A stretch of DNA of 64,000 nucleotides from an uncultured Opitutia bacterium (GTDB lineage Bacteria; Verrucomicrobiota; Verrucomicrobiia; Opitutales; Opitutaceae), in contig CAIKHO010000021.1 in the NCBI GenBank assembly GCA_903827245.1, positions 90,144-154,143 of the forward strand. Reading direction: 5' to 3'. The position numbers and the translations under genes are program-made. The notes under the pieces were generated by a model. It was not told the DNA's origin. It did no database searches and saw only the letters and a program-made list of their open reading frames with translations. Shown piece after piece: positions 1-8,633 of the stretch. Positions within the stretch are counted from its first letter, which is position 1; every line of letters begins with the position of its first letter.

Positions 1-475
1 ACTCGGCGCGCTCAAAGCAGATTCCCTCTTTCGTCGAGGCTTCGGCGGGCACGGCCGTGAGTCCGCTGGCTCCCAACTCCACCGGAGCATCGACGGGTTT
101 CGTGACTGCGGGCACGCCTTGCAGGCGCAACGCCTCGGCGAGGCAGCTGTGGACCTCGCTGTAGCTCTGCGTGGCGCGCAGTTCCTCCAGGGGGTGGCCG
201 CGCGGGATCACGAGCGCATACGTCCAGTCGTCGCGGTGATCGACGAGGCCGCCGCCGGTCGGTCGTCGGCAGAGATCAATGGGCCCGTCCGCGGGCAGGG
301 TGGCGCGGACAAACGCGACTTTCTGACTGTAGCCGAAGGTGAACGCGGGCCGGTGCCAGCTATAGTGGCGAAAGCGCGGCACGTCCGTCCGCGGATAACG
401 CTGCAGCAGCAGGAAATCGCACGCCATGTTTTCCGCGGCGCCACCGGTCCGGAAAGGTAGGATATCCAAGTTCAT
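1..475 (-). CDS. Lipoate/biotin protein ligase family protein (BPL/LPL catalytic domain); C-terminal part lies outside the window
   Basis: Not in the ORF track because it runs off the window edge. My reverse-strand translation from ATG (complement of 473-475) gives MNLDILPFRTGGAAENMACDFLLLQRY...CRRPTGGGLVDHRDDW, which resembles the RRxxGGGxVxH motif of LplA-type ligases. Confidence 0.7.
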   Translation of the reverse strand, partial: MNLDILPFRTGGAAENMACDFLLLQRYPRTDVPRFRHYSWHRPAFTFGYSQKVAFVRATLPADGPIDLCRRPTGGGLVDHRDDWTYALVIPRGHPLEELRATQSYSEVHSCLAEALRLQGVPAVTKPVDAPVELGASGLTAVPAEASTKEGICFERAE

Positions 476-480
476 TTCAA

Positions 481-659
481 CCTTAATTCCTCAGTCGGAT
501 TTGAATCACGGAGACACAAAGAGCACAGAACGGATATTTAATGAAGCCGATCAGGCCGAAGTGACTTTCACCGTGGAGTGAAGTGCGTTTTTACCCCGGT
601 TGCTGGCTTGGCCTCTGTGCTCTTTGGGCCTTTGTGGTTTAACTGCGCTTGTTAGGTTC
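481..659. repeat. Family B inverted-repeat element (about 170 bp), copy B1
   Basis: Aligns end to end with 34371-34540. Shared arms GGATTTGAAYCACGGARA..CAAAGAGCACAGA and GGCTTGGCCTCTGTGCTCTT.G.GCCTTTGTGGTTTAAC; the centre diverges. Confidence 0.85.
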
Positions 660-747
660 AATCCCTGATAGCGCAAGGCAGCGACGAGCTGATGCCAAGT
701 GCCCTCTTTGGTCCGGCCGCTTGCCAACCATGCGGCCGACCCGGCCG

Positions 748-858
748 GTCTTATTGAAAATTACAAAAAGAAGAGACGACCGATGGCTTGGGGTAGTGCG
801 GTCCTTCAGCCCGCACTCCCGAGGCCAATAGACGCGGGCTGAAGCACCGCGCCACCCA
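748..858 (-). repeat. Family I element, copy I1
   Basis: The reverse complement aligns over about 105 nt with 53906-54016 (GCGGTGCTTCAGCC...CGGGAGTGCGG.CTGAAG.ACCGCACTAC.CC...). Confidence 0.8.
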
Positions 859-906
859 AAGCGTCCGCCATATCGTGAGTCCCCGAAGGGCCGGCCGCAG
901 GAGCGG

Positions 907-2277
907 TCAGTTCGCCTGGCGCCGGCCCCCGCGAATCGTCGTGATCGCCTCCCGCATGAGGGGGACGTTGTAGAACTGGGCGAAGGCCCGGGCCCCGGCG
1001 AAAACCTCCGCCCCGGGGGAGGGTTTGGTCTCGCGCAGCGCATTGACAATGATGGCGCCGATCACGGCGGGCTTCAGTTCCGACCATTCATGCGGTTTTG
1101 GGGTGCCGTTTTCCAGGAAGACCAGGTGCTTGTAGGGATCGATAATCACGCGGACGTCCTTGGTGGCGTCGCCGGAAAAATCATGCACCAGCAACGGGCG
1201 CTGCCGGCTGTAGTGGGCGAGGACATATTCCAGCCAGTCCCGCATCTTCACCATCTGCTCCGCTGCGTTCACCATGGGCTGCGATGTGCCCGGGATGTTG
1301 AGCTTGCCGCCCTTCTCGTTCAGGGCCCGTACCAGGCCTTCGAAGTCATATTTGTCCAGGTACTGGGTACGCAGCAGCTGCATGGATTCCTTCCGCCGTG
1401 CGACCTCCCGTTGAAATTCCTCGTCGGTGATCCCTGAGGGGGGCTCGGCGGCTGTAACCGCGGCCGGAGCTGACGCAGCCGCAGGCGGAGGCGCAACCAC
1501 CGGGGTGGGTGCCGGTGGGAGCGGGGCGGGGGTATCTGCGACCGGGACCGGTGAAGTTTTATTCATCCGGCGATTGATCACCACGCCGGCGGCAAAAATC
1601 AGAATGAGCGCGACCACGTAACCCGCACCGATGTAAAGACGGCGGCTCATTGGGACCGCGGTTGCTGCTGCCGGCGGTCTGCCCGGGATCGGAGGCCTCG
1701 AGCCGCTGGCACCGAGCGCCTGCGCCTCCAGAAGGATGCGATAGACGGGCATGGCCTGGGAAATGTTCTTCAGTTCGCGCGGTCCCAGGCTGACGACCTG
1801 CATCTCGAGCTTGTTCTTCACCACGTCGTAGACGGTCTGGGAAATGCAGATGCCGCCCGGCTCGGCCTCGGCCTGCAGGCGCGAGGCGATATTCACGCCA
1901 TCACCCATCACATCCTGGTCCTGCATGAGGATATCGCCCAGATGAATGCCGATGCGGTGCTGCAGTCCCCCATTGGCGGCGGGTTCCTTGGCCTCGGCCG
2001 CAAACTGGCGCTGCATGGCCAGGGCGCAGGCCACCGCATGTACTGCGCTGGAAAACGTGAGCAGCAGGCCATCGCCCGTGGTTTTGAGCACGGAACCCTC
2101 GTGCTCGATGCTGAGCCGGCGCATCTCGGCGAAATCGCGCTGCAGCAGCTTCAGGGTGCCCACCTCGTCGCGTTGCATGCGTGCGCTGAAGCCGACGACA
2201 TCGGTGAAAACAATCGCCGCGAGCGTGCGCTGACTGGACGGTGGGGTGGAACCAGGAGGCGGCGGGGGACGGTCCAT
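907..2277 (-). CDS. Class III adenylate/guanylate cyclase: N-terminal catalytic domain, one TM helix, Pro-rich linker and C-terminal extracytoplasmic domain
   Basis: ORF 907..2370(-). Cyclase motifs AIVFTDVVGFSARM, TTGDGLLLTF, IGIHLGD, GDGVNIASRL. Start set at MDRPPPP (ATG complement 2275-2277); the longer start at 2370 abuts hairpin A1. Confidence 0.85.
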   Translation of the reverse strand: MDRPPPPPGSTPPSSQRTLAAIVFTDVVGFSARMQRDEVGTLKLLQRDFAEMRRLSIEHEGSVLKTTGDGLLLTFSSAVHAVACALAMQRQFAAEAKEPAANGGLQHRIGIHLGDILMQDQDVMGDGVNIASRLQAEAEPGGICISQTVYDVVKNKLEMQVVSLGPRELKNISQAMPVYRILLEAQALGASGSRPPIPGRPPAAATAVPMSRRLYIGAGYVVALILIFAAGVVINRRMNKTSPVPVADTPAPLPPAPTPVVAPPPAAASAPAAVTAAEPPSGITDEEFQREVARRKESMQLLRTQYLDKYDFEGLVRALNEKGGKLNIPGTSQPMVNAAEQMVKMRDWLEYVLAHYSRQRPLLVHDFSGDATKDVRVIIDPYKHLVFLENGTPKPHEWSELKPAVIGAIIVNALRETKPSPGAEVFAGARAFAQFYNVPLMREAITTIRGGRRQAN

Positions 2278-2368
2278 GGCAGGACCGGCAGCAAAACCGA
2301 GGACTCTGTCCGGCGCAATGTCATTGCGGCCGGCATCATGGCAGGATTTCACCGGCCCGGCTCCGATC

Positions 2369-2448
2369 AATCGTTATCATTCTCGTAATCATTCCTCTTT
2401 CTCTCGTTCGGTGCGGGGCGAGAACGATAACGAGGAACGAGAACGATT
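2369..2448. repeat. Family A hairpin (GTTCTC / GAGAAC hexamer arrays), copy A1
   Basis: AATCGTTATCATTCTCGTAATCATTCCTCTTTCTCTCGTTC ... CGAGAACGATAACGAGGAACGAGAACGATT; the arms are complementary. Confidence 0.85.
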
Positions 2449-2519
2449 TGGCGTCCAGACCGGGAAAACCGGCTGCATCGGTTGATAATTAACATACGGT
2501 TTGGAAAATCCCGTCTCAG

Positions 2520-2643
2520 CCGGAACGATGCAATTGAGCCGCAGCGATCGATGTAGCAGCCGAGGTGACGAGGCTGGGTTTGGTCACTCTCCTCAAATCA
2601 GCCTCCTCACGTCGGCTGCTACCGGCGACTGCATCGTTACGGC
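2520..2643. repeat. Element L: about 125-nt imperfect hairpin
   Basis: GTAGCAGCCGAGGTGACGAGGCTG (2553-2576) pairs with CAGCCTCCTCACGTCGGCTGCTAC (2599-2622), 22 of 24. Outer GAACGATGCA / TGCATCGTTA. Confidence 0.6.
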
Positions 2644-2683
2644 TTAGGGGGATCGGAACGAGTTTCCGCCGGGAGGCGCCTGC

Positions 2684-3157
2684 CTACGGTCCGGGTCCGA
2701 TCAGCTCGGGATCGATCAGCCAACGCACCTGCCACTTGCCTTCATCACGTTCGAGCGCGAGGCAGGCGCCCTTTTTCAGCTCGAAACGCGGCGGCCCGTC
2801 GACGCCATGCATGAGCAGGCAGGCCAGGGCATTGAGGTGAGGTTCGTGTCCGACGATGGCCAGTCCGTCGGGGGCGCCGGTCACGCGGCCAAGGATGGCG
2901 CGCGGATCGTCCTCCGGCTCGAGTCCGGCGGTTTCGACCAGCGGTCCGGAAAAATCCAGGCCTTGGGCGAGCAAGACGGCGGTTTCGCGCGAGCGCACCA
3001 GCCGGCTGTGCCAGATTTCAACCGGACGAAGCCGTCCGTTGGCGCGGAAGAAGGCGGCGAGCTGCGCAACCTGGGTCCGGCCGCGGGGGCTCAGCGGGCG
3101 GAGCGGATTCTCACCGGCCGCCACCGCGTGGGCGTGGCGGATGAGATGCAGGGTCAC
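2684..3157 (-). CDS. sixA: SixA-type phosphohistidine phosphatase (histidine phosphatase superfamily)
   Basis: ORF 2684..3331(-) trimmed to a GTG start ([11 protein letters not shown], an RHG-type motif; later IVGHEPHL). The GTG overlaps the kinase stop codon as GTGA at 3154-3157. Confidence 0.75.
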   Translation of the reverse strand: MTLHLIRHAHAVAAGENPLRPLSPRGRTQVAQLAAFFRANGRLRPVEIWHSRLVRSRETAVLLAQGLDFSGPLVETAGLEPEDDPRAILGRVTGAPDGLAIVGHEPHLNALACLLMHGVDGPPRFELKKGACLALERDEGKWQVRWLIDPELIGPGP

Positions 3158-4731
3158 GCGTCGAGCAGGTTGCGCGCGGCCTTCAGGAGTTCGCTCAGCG
3201 CAAACGGCTTGGGCAGGCCGGTCTGGTGCCGGCTGTCGAGCCAGACCAGCGGAGGACTGTCCGCCGTGCCGGTTTTCAGCACGCGCAGGCCGGGGCGGGC
3301 CACATGCATGGCGCGGGCAAGTTTCTCGCACTCGTTGTCCAGGTTGTTGAATGGAGCGATCAGCAGCTGCACGGGCTGTCCCTCGCGGTGCACCTCCTTG
3401 AGCGCCTGGCCCGGGTGGGTCGCGGTGATGACGCGGTAGCCGTCGGAGGTGAGGATGCCTGCGACCATCTTGCTGACGACCGCGTCCTCCTCCACCAGCA
3501 GCACGGTTTCGTGGCCCCGCGTGGCCGGAAGAGCCGGCAGGCTGGGGGTCGGCGTGCGCACGGCCGGCTCGCGCACGAGGGGCAGGAGAATCTCGAAGGT
3601 CGAGCCGACGAGCAGGGTGCTGTGCACGGTGATGAAGCCGCCGCTTTGCTGGACGACGCCATAGACCAGCGCCAGGCCGAGGCCGGTGCCCTTGCCCTCG
3701 TCCTTGGTGGTGAAGAACGGCTCGAAGAGATGGGCCTGCGTATCGGTGTCCATGCCGGTGCCATTGTCGCTCACCGTGAGGACAATGTAACGGCCCGGCG
3801 GCGTGTCGGACAGCCGGCGATTGAGGCCCGGCGCGATTTCACGATTGGCCGTCCGGATCATCACGCGGCCCTCCTCCCGGAGGGCGTCACGGGCGTTGAT
3901 GACGAGATTGAGCAGGACCTGTTGCATTTGCGCGGGATCGGCCCGGACATTGCCGAGGCCGGGCTCGAGCTCGGTCACAAGGCGCCCGGCGTTGCCGAGG
4001 AGCCGCTGCAGGATCTCGCGATTGTCGCGCACGACGTGATTGAGATTGATGACCCGGGCGTTCATCGGCTGGCGGCGGCCGAAGGCGAGCAACTGGCGGG
4101 TGAGTGCGGCGGCCTTCTGGCCGGCCTTGTGGATTTCCTCGACCTCGCGCAGTGCCTGCGGGTTGTCGGCGATCTGGCCGGCGAGAATCTGGCAGTAGCC
4201 GTTGATCACGGAGATCAGGTTGTTGAAATCATGCGCCACGCCGCCCGCGAGCCGGCCCACGGCATCGAGCCGCTGGGAATGCACCAGTGCCTCCTGCAAG
4301 CGCCGTTTTTCCGTGGTATCGCGGTAGCTCGCGACAATGTGGGTCACCCGTCCATGCGCGTCGCCCACCGGGTCAAAATTCCAGGCGGCATACAGCGCGG
4401 TGCCGTCGGGCCGGGCCACGTAGCCCTCGCCGCCGAGCGATTGCCCGGGGCGGGCGGTGGGGAGCCACCGGGCGAGGCGCGCGAGGTCGGATTTTTCGAC
4501 ATGCAGGATACCATGGCAGCGACCGATCAAACGGGACGCGGAATAACCGGTCATCGCACACAGGCTGGGGTTGACGAAAAGGATCTTGAGGCCGCGTTTT
4601 CCCAGGTGGCGTCCGGCGATGAAGACCCCGTCACTTTGGGCGCGCAGAGCCGCGGCCAGCAAGGTGGCCGAGGGAGCGGACGGGCGGGAAACACGTTTGG
4701 TCGCGCGACGGGCTGGGGACTTTTTTTTCAC
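3154..4731 (-). CDS. PAS sensor histidine kinase with C-terminal receiver-like domain
   Basis: ORF 3154..4731(-). H-box [13 protein letters not shown], ATPase boxes NLVINARDA / DNGTGM / [10 protein letters not shown]-terminal VLLVEED...LLIAPF...LPKPF receiver-like region. Confidence 0.9.
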   Translation of the reverse strand: MKKKSPARRATKRVSRPSAPSATLLAAALRAQSDGVFIAGRHLGKRGLKILFVNPSLCAMTGYSASRLIGRCHGILHVEKSDLARLARWLPTARPGQSLGGEGYVARPDGTALYAAWNFDPVGDAHGRVTHIVASYRDTTEKRRLQEALVHSQRLDAVGRLAGGVAHDFNNLISVINGYCQILAGQIADNPQALREVEEIHKAGQKAAALTRQLLAFGRRQPMNARVINLNHVVRDNREILQRLLGNAGRLVTELEPGLGNVRADPAQMQQVLLNLVINARDALREEGRVMIRTANREIAPGLNRRLSDTPPGRYIVLTVSDNGTGMDTDTQAHLFEPFFTTKDEGKGTGLGLALVYGVVQQSGGFITVHSTLLVGSTFEILLPLVREPAVRTPTPSLPALPATRGHETVLLVEEDAVVSKMVAGILTSDGYRVITATHPGQALKEVHREGQPVQLLIAPFNNLDNECEKLARAMHVARPGLRVLKTGTADSPPLVWLDSRHQTGLPKPFALSELLKAARNLLDA

Positions 4732-4737
4732 GAGGGG

Positions 4738-5373
4738 CTAGGGCGCGAGGCGCTCGACGATCCAGGTGTCCTTCTCCCGGCGGTAGCGGAGGCGGTCATG
4801 GAGCCGGCTGCGCCGGCCCTGCCAGAATTCCACCGTCTCGGGTGCGACCCGGTAGCCGCCCCATTGCGGCGGCAGGGGCACTTCCTGGCCGGCGTATTTC
4901 TTTTCAAGTACTTTCAGGCTTTCCTCGATCACGCCGCGCCCGGAGATGATGGTGCTTTGGGGCGACGCCCACGCCGCGAGCTGGCTGAGGCGCGGGCGCG
5001 TGTGAAAGTACGCCTCGCTTTCCTCCCGCGAGACCTTCGTCACGGTTCCTTCAATGATCACCTGTCGCTCCAGGGTGATCCAGGGGAAGGTCAGGGCCGC
5101 GCGCGCCTGCGCCTCGAGATCCCGGCCCTTGCGGCTCTCGTAATTCGTATAAAAGACAAAGCCGCGGCCATCCACGCCCTTGAGCAGGACGATGCGCGCC
5201 CCGGGCTGGCCGTTGCGCGCGGAAGTGGCCAGGACCATGGCGTTGGGCTCGGGCAGCTTGGCGGCCTCGGCTTCCTGAAACCATTTTTCAAACTGGCGGA
5301 AAGGATCACGGGCGAGGTCCTTCTCGAGGAGACCGGCGAGACTGTAGTCCTTGCGAAGGTCAGCCAGTGACAT
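4738..5373 (-). CDS. pdxH: Pyridoxamine 5'-phosphate oxidase
   Basis: ORF 4738..5637(-) trimmed to [10 protein letters not shown] (ATG complement 5371-5373). [24 protein letters not shown] and [12 protein letters not shown] are typical of PdxH. Confidence 0.93.
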   Translation of the reverse strand: MSLADLRKDYSLAGLLEKDLARDPFRQFEKWFQEAEAAKLPEPNAMVLATSARNGQPGARIVLLKGVDGRGFVFYTNYESRKGRDLEAQARAALTFPWITLERQVIIEGTVTKVSREESEAYFHTRPRLSQLAAWASPQSTIISGRGVIEESLKVLEKKYAGQEVPLPPQWGGYRVAPETVEFWQGRRSRLHDRLRYRREKDTWIVERLAP

Positions 5374-5457
5374 GGTGCAGGCCAGCCTGTACGGGCAAAG
5401 CACGGGGGCAAATTTATTTGCTGCCGGTTCGTGCGGAGATCGCTGCCGGCGTTGCAA

Positions 5458-5529
5458 ATCGTTCTCGTGTTTCGTTCTCGCGCTGAACCAGGTGGAGAAC
5501 GACGAACGATTACGAGAACAAGAACGATC
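5458..5529. repeat. Family A hairpin, copy A2 (inverted relative to A1/A3)
   Basis: AATCGTTCTCGTGTTTCGTTCTC ... GAGAACGACGAACGATTACGAGAACAAGAACGAT. Confidence 0.85.
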
Positions 5530-5543
5530 AATCCGGCCGGGGC

Positions 5544-6047
5544 TCAACGGGAGAAGGCCGTGATCAGGTCCGCGTGCGCCGGGAAAATTCGTTTCAGCTC
5601 CTCCCGCCGCCCCAACGTGAACTCGTTTTCTTCCCAAGCCGGTGCCATGACGCAGCCGAGCAGGGCCCAGCCTGCTGGGGCGCCCTGGCCGCTCGCACCG
5701 GGGGCCGGCCGCGCGCCCTGCCAGATGCCGCCCCGCACGATGAGCTGGGGCTGGTGGCCGGCGGCGAGGTCGGGGCCAAGCCGGGTGCGGAGGGCGGTAC
5801 CGTCCCGGGGATCGAGCTGCAGGTGTTCCACGGTGTCTCCGGCGTGAAAATGCCAGATCTCATCCGTCGCGAGCCGGTGCAGCGCCGAGAATTCGTCGGG
5901 CGCAATCAGGAAGAGGATCGCCGAGCCGGCGGCCCGGCCGTCGGCCAGCGTTTGCTGGCTGACCCAGGTCCGCCGGAAAAATCCGCCCTCGTGCGGCAAC
6001 GGCGCCAGGCGGAGCTCCACGATGATTTTTTCGGCCGCGGCATTCAC
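5544..6047 (-). CDS. DUF985 cupin-fold protein
   Basis: ORF 5544..6047(-). [15 protein letters not shown] and WHFHAGD are cupin-like motifs. Confidence 0.75.
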   Translation of the reverse strand: MNAAAEKIIVELRLAPLPHEGGFFRRTWVSQQTLADGRAAGSAILFLIAPDEFSALHRLATDEIWHFHAGDTVEHLQLDPRDGTALRTRLGPDLAAGHQPQLIVRGGIWQGARPAPGASGQGAPAGWALLGCVMAPAWEENEFTLGRREELKRIFPAHADLITAFSR

Positions 6048-6180
6048 GGCACCGAGCCAATCACGGAAACGCGAAGGAGCGGAAGCTTGGAAATATCGGG
6101 AATGACTCAGCCGGCAGGGAAGGGTGGCCTGCGCGTTCTTCCGCGCTTCCGTTCCTCCGCGTTTTCGCGATCCTGCCCGG

Positions 6181-6939
6181 ATGGATCTGGCTTCCTGGGT
6201 TTATCCCCTGCTTTTCCTGACCGGTTTCGCTGCCGGGCTCGTCGACGCGATCGCGGGCGGCGGGGGCATCATCACGCTGCCGGTTCTCCTTAATCTTGGA
6301 CTGCCGGTCTCCGTGGCTCTCGGCACCAACAAGCTGCAGGCATCGTTCGGCAGCTTCACGGCGGCCTGGCACTATGCCCGCCGCGGACTCGTCGACCTGC
6401 GCGCCTGTGGTCGCGGCATTCTCGCCACGCTGGTGGGCGCGCTGCTCGGGGCTTGGGTGGTGCGGTCGATCGATGGTCGGGTGTTGGGGCGTCTTATCCC
6501 GTGGCTGCTGGCCGCCATCGTCACCTACATGATTTTCCGGCCCAAGATCGGCGGGGAAGACCGGCCGGCGCGCATGGGGGAAGGGAAATTCGCGCTCCTG
6601 TTCGGCCTGGGCCTGGGCTTTTACGACGGCTTTTTCGGTCCGGGCACCGGTTCGTTCTGGACGATCGCCTGCGTGCTCCTGCTGGGCTATAATTTTTCCA
6701 AGGCCACGGGTTATACCAAGGTGATGAACGCCACCAGCAACCTGGCCGCGCTCGCGCTTTTTGCGGCGGCCGGCCAGTTCCATCTGGCGGCCGGGCTCGT
6801 CATGGGCGTGGGGCAGGTGACCGGGGCAAGGCTCGGCGCCGGCCTCGTGGTCACCAAGGGAGCCCGGTTTGTCCGGCCGCTCTTCCTGGCGATGGCGATC
6901 CTGACCATCACGCGCCTGCTCTGGGTCAATTTTCTCTGA
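6181..6939 (+). CDS. TauE/SafE (DUF81) family anion-exporter membrane protein
   Basis: ORF 6124..6939(+) trimmed to MDLASWVYPLL. GLVDAIAGGGGIITLPVLL motif; multi-TM. Confidence 0.8.
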   Translation: MDLASWVYPLLFLTGFAAGLVDAIAGGGGIITLPVLLNLGLPVSVALGTNKLQASFGSFTAAWHYARRGLVDLRACGRGILATLVGALLGAWVVRSIDGRVLGRLIPWLLAAIVTYMIFRPKIGGEDRPARMGEGKFALLFGLGLGFYDGFFGPGTGSFWTIACVLLLGYNFSKATGYTKVMNATSNLAALALFAAAGQFHLAAGLVMGVGQVTGARLGAGLVVTKGARFVRPLFLAMAILTITRLLWVNFL

Positions 6940-7041
6940 TTGCGTTGAGAGCGCCAAAAATGAGAGGCACTTGAGATGGGGCGAGTCTTTGAGCTGCCTT
7001 TTTTCGAATCGGTCGGATTTTTTTCCGCTGATTTCACAAAT

Positions 7042-7110
7042 GGCACAGATGGCCGCACGCGTTATCCACGCTCATCGGTGGAATCCGCGGCTGGATGCTC
7101 TGCGGGATCC
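7042..7110. repeat. Family H-like degenerate copy H1
   Basis: GGCACAGATGGCCGCACGCGTTATCCACGCTCATCGGTGGAATCCGCGG; weak resemblance only. Confidence 0.3.
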
Positions 7111-7111
7111 A

Positions 7112-7134
7112 AGGGCAGATTTAAAACCTGCCCT
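7112..7134. repeat. Family J hairpin, copy J1
   Basis: AGGGCAGATTTAAAACCTGCCCT. Confidence 0.55.
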
Positions 7135-7277
7135 GCGACCAAACTGTCACTGCTTTGAGCTGCCTCGATGGGTTCAGATCGCTCAGCCCGGGGGGGATTG
7201 GCCCTTTTCCATTGGGAGGGCTTTAGGCTTGGGCCAGTCGGAATGCGTCCTTATCGTCTGCCGTTCGTCCCTTCCGT

Positions 7278-8519
7278 ATGTCTCCCGCCGCCTACATCGA
7301 CCACCATGCCTCCGACCTGCTCGGCCGGCTCAAGCACTTGGTCGGCACGGTGACAATCAATCCTCCCGGCGAGAATTACGACCGCATCACGCGCTGGCTG
7401 ACGCGTGAATTGTCGTCCTTGGGGTTGCAGGCCAAACGCTACCCGATCCCGGGGACGCTGTTGAAAAAATACCTGCCGCCGGAGCAGCACGGATTTCCCC
7501 GCTTCAACGTGCTCGGCAAGCTCCCTGTGCGCGGGGCGCGCAAGACGATTCATTTCAACGCCCACTACGATGTCGTGCCGGTGTCGGGCCAGTGGCGGCA
7601 CGGCACTCCGTTCAGCGGTGCGGTCGACCGGGGATGGATTTACGGCCGGGGCACGGCCGACATGAAGGGCTCCATCTCGAGTCTGCTGATGGCGCTCCAG
7701 GCCTTGCGGGCGACGCGCACGGTGCCGCGGTTCAATCTCGAAGTCTCGTTCACGGCCGACGAGGAAACCGATTCGGCCCTGGGCGCCGGCTGGTTGGTGC
7801 GGCACGCGCCGATCAGCCCCGACTACGCGATCGTGATGGAAGGCGGGGAAGGGCCAGCCGTGTGCTGCGGGCACAACGGCGTCATCTGGCTCGAGGTCAC
7901 GGTGCACGGCCGCGCGGCGCACGGCTCGACCCCGGGGGCCGGCGTCAACGCCCTGGAGAAAATGTCCGCGCTGGTGCTCGGGCTCGACGGCTACAAGCAG
8001 CGGTTGGCGCGGCGGACCTTCGTCGCGCCCGACGGCACCGCCATGCACCCGACGATCAACGTGGGCGGGATCTTCGGCGCCGGGCCGGGCGGCAAGATCA
8101 ACACCGTCCCGGCGCTGGCGACTTTCACGATCGACCGCCGCGTGCTCTCCAAAGAGAACCATGTCGCCGCCGAGCGTGAGCTGCGCGCGGTCTTGGCGGC
8201 GGCGGCACGCCGGATTCCGGGGTGCCGGATCAGCATCGAAAAAATCTCCGAGAACTTTGCCTGTTTTTCCCGGCCGGCGCACCCGTTCTTCGCTGCGATG
8301 GCGGCCAGCGTGGCACGCGTGCGGCGCAAGCCGGCGGTCTTCAACGTCTCGACCGGGTTCAACGACATGCACTTTTTCGCGCATCACCGGAAAATCCCCA
8401 CCCTCGGCTACGGTCCGGGCGGCCAGGACTATCACGCCGTGGACGAACGGGCGCGGGTGAAGGACCTGCTCGATTCCGCCAAGATCTATGCCGATCTGCT
8501 GACGACGTTTGGCGGCTGA
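7278..8519 (+). CDS. M20 family metallopeptidase (ArgE/DapE-type deacylase)
   Basis: ORF 7278..8519(+). HFNAHYDVVPV, GRGTADMKG, ADEE motifs. Confidence 0.85.
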   Translation: MSPAAYIDHHASDLLGRLKHLVGTVTINPPGENYDRITRWLTRELSSLGLQAKRYPIPGTLLKKYLPPEQHGFPRFNVLGKLPVRGARKTIHFNAHYDVVPVSGQWRHGTPFSGAVDRGWIYGRGTADMKGSISSLLMALQALRATRTVPRFNLEVSFTADEETDSALGAGWLVRHAPISPDYAIVMEGGEGPAVCCGHNGVIWLEVTVHGRAAHGSTPGAGVNALEKMSALVLGLDGYKQRLARRTFVAPDGTAMHPTINVGGIFGAGPGGKINTVPALATFTIDRRVLSKENHVAAERELRAVLAAAARRIPGCRISIEKISENFACFSRPAHPFFAAMAASVARVRRKPAVFNVSTGFNDMHFFAHHRKIPTLGYGPGGQDYHAVDERARVKDLLDSAKIYADLLTTFGG

Positions 8520-8537
8520 TCCGGGCTCCTACCTCAA

Positions 8538-8627
8538 GCGACCTGGAGGTCGCGTCTCCAGCAAGGCAGTTTCGCTGCACTGAGCATAGCAAAGGTGCAA
8601 AATCATGGGTTTGAAAAAACTCCCTAG
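8538..8627. repeat. Family C element, right-half copy C1
   Basis: GCGACCTGGAGGTCGCGTCTCCAGCAAGGCAGTTTCGCTGCAC...GGTTTGAAAAAACTCCCTAG matches the right part of C3/C4. Confidence 0.7.
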
Positions 8628-8633
8628 GTAGCG

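Noticed and set aside
3226-5370. 714-aa plus-strand ORF, the longest ORF in this part of the track
   Set aside because: It runs antisense to the sensor kinase and pdxH, both of which have unmistakable motifs. Its translation is Arg/Gly/Ala-rich with no motifs, which is typical of a GC-driven open antisense frame.
7251-8435. 394-aa minus ORF opposite the M20 peptidase. The same situation applies at 44094-45116, 52869-53867, 39180-40424 and 24662-25711
   Set aside because: In each case the opposite strand encodes a protein with diagnostic motifs, and the rejected frame has none. This is the same GC artefact.
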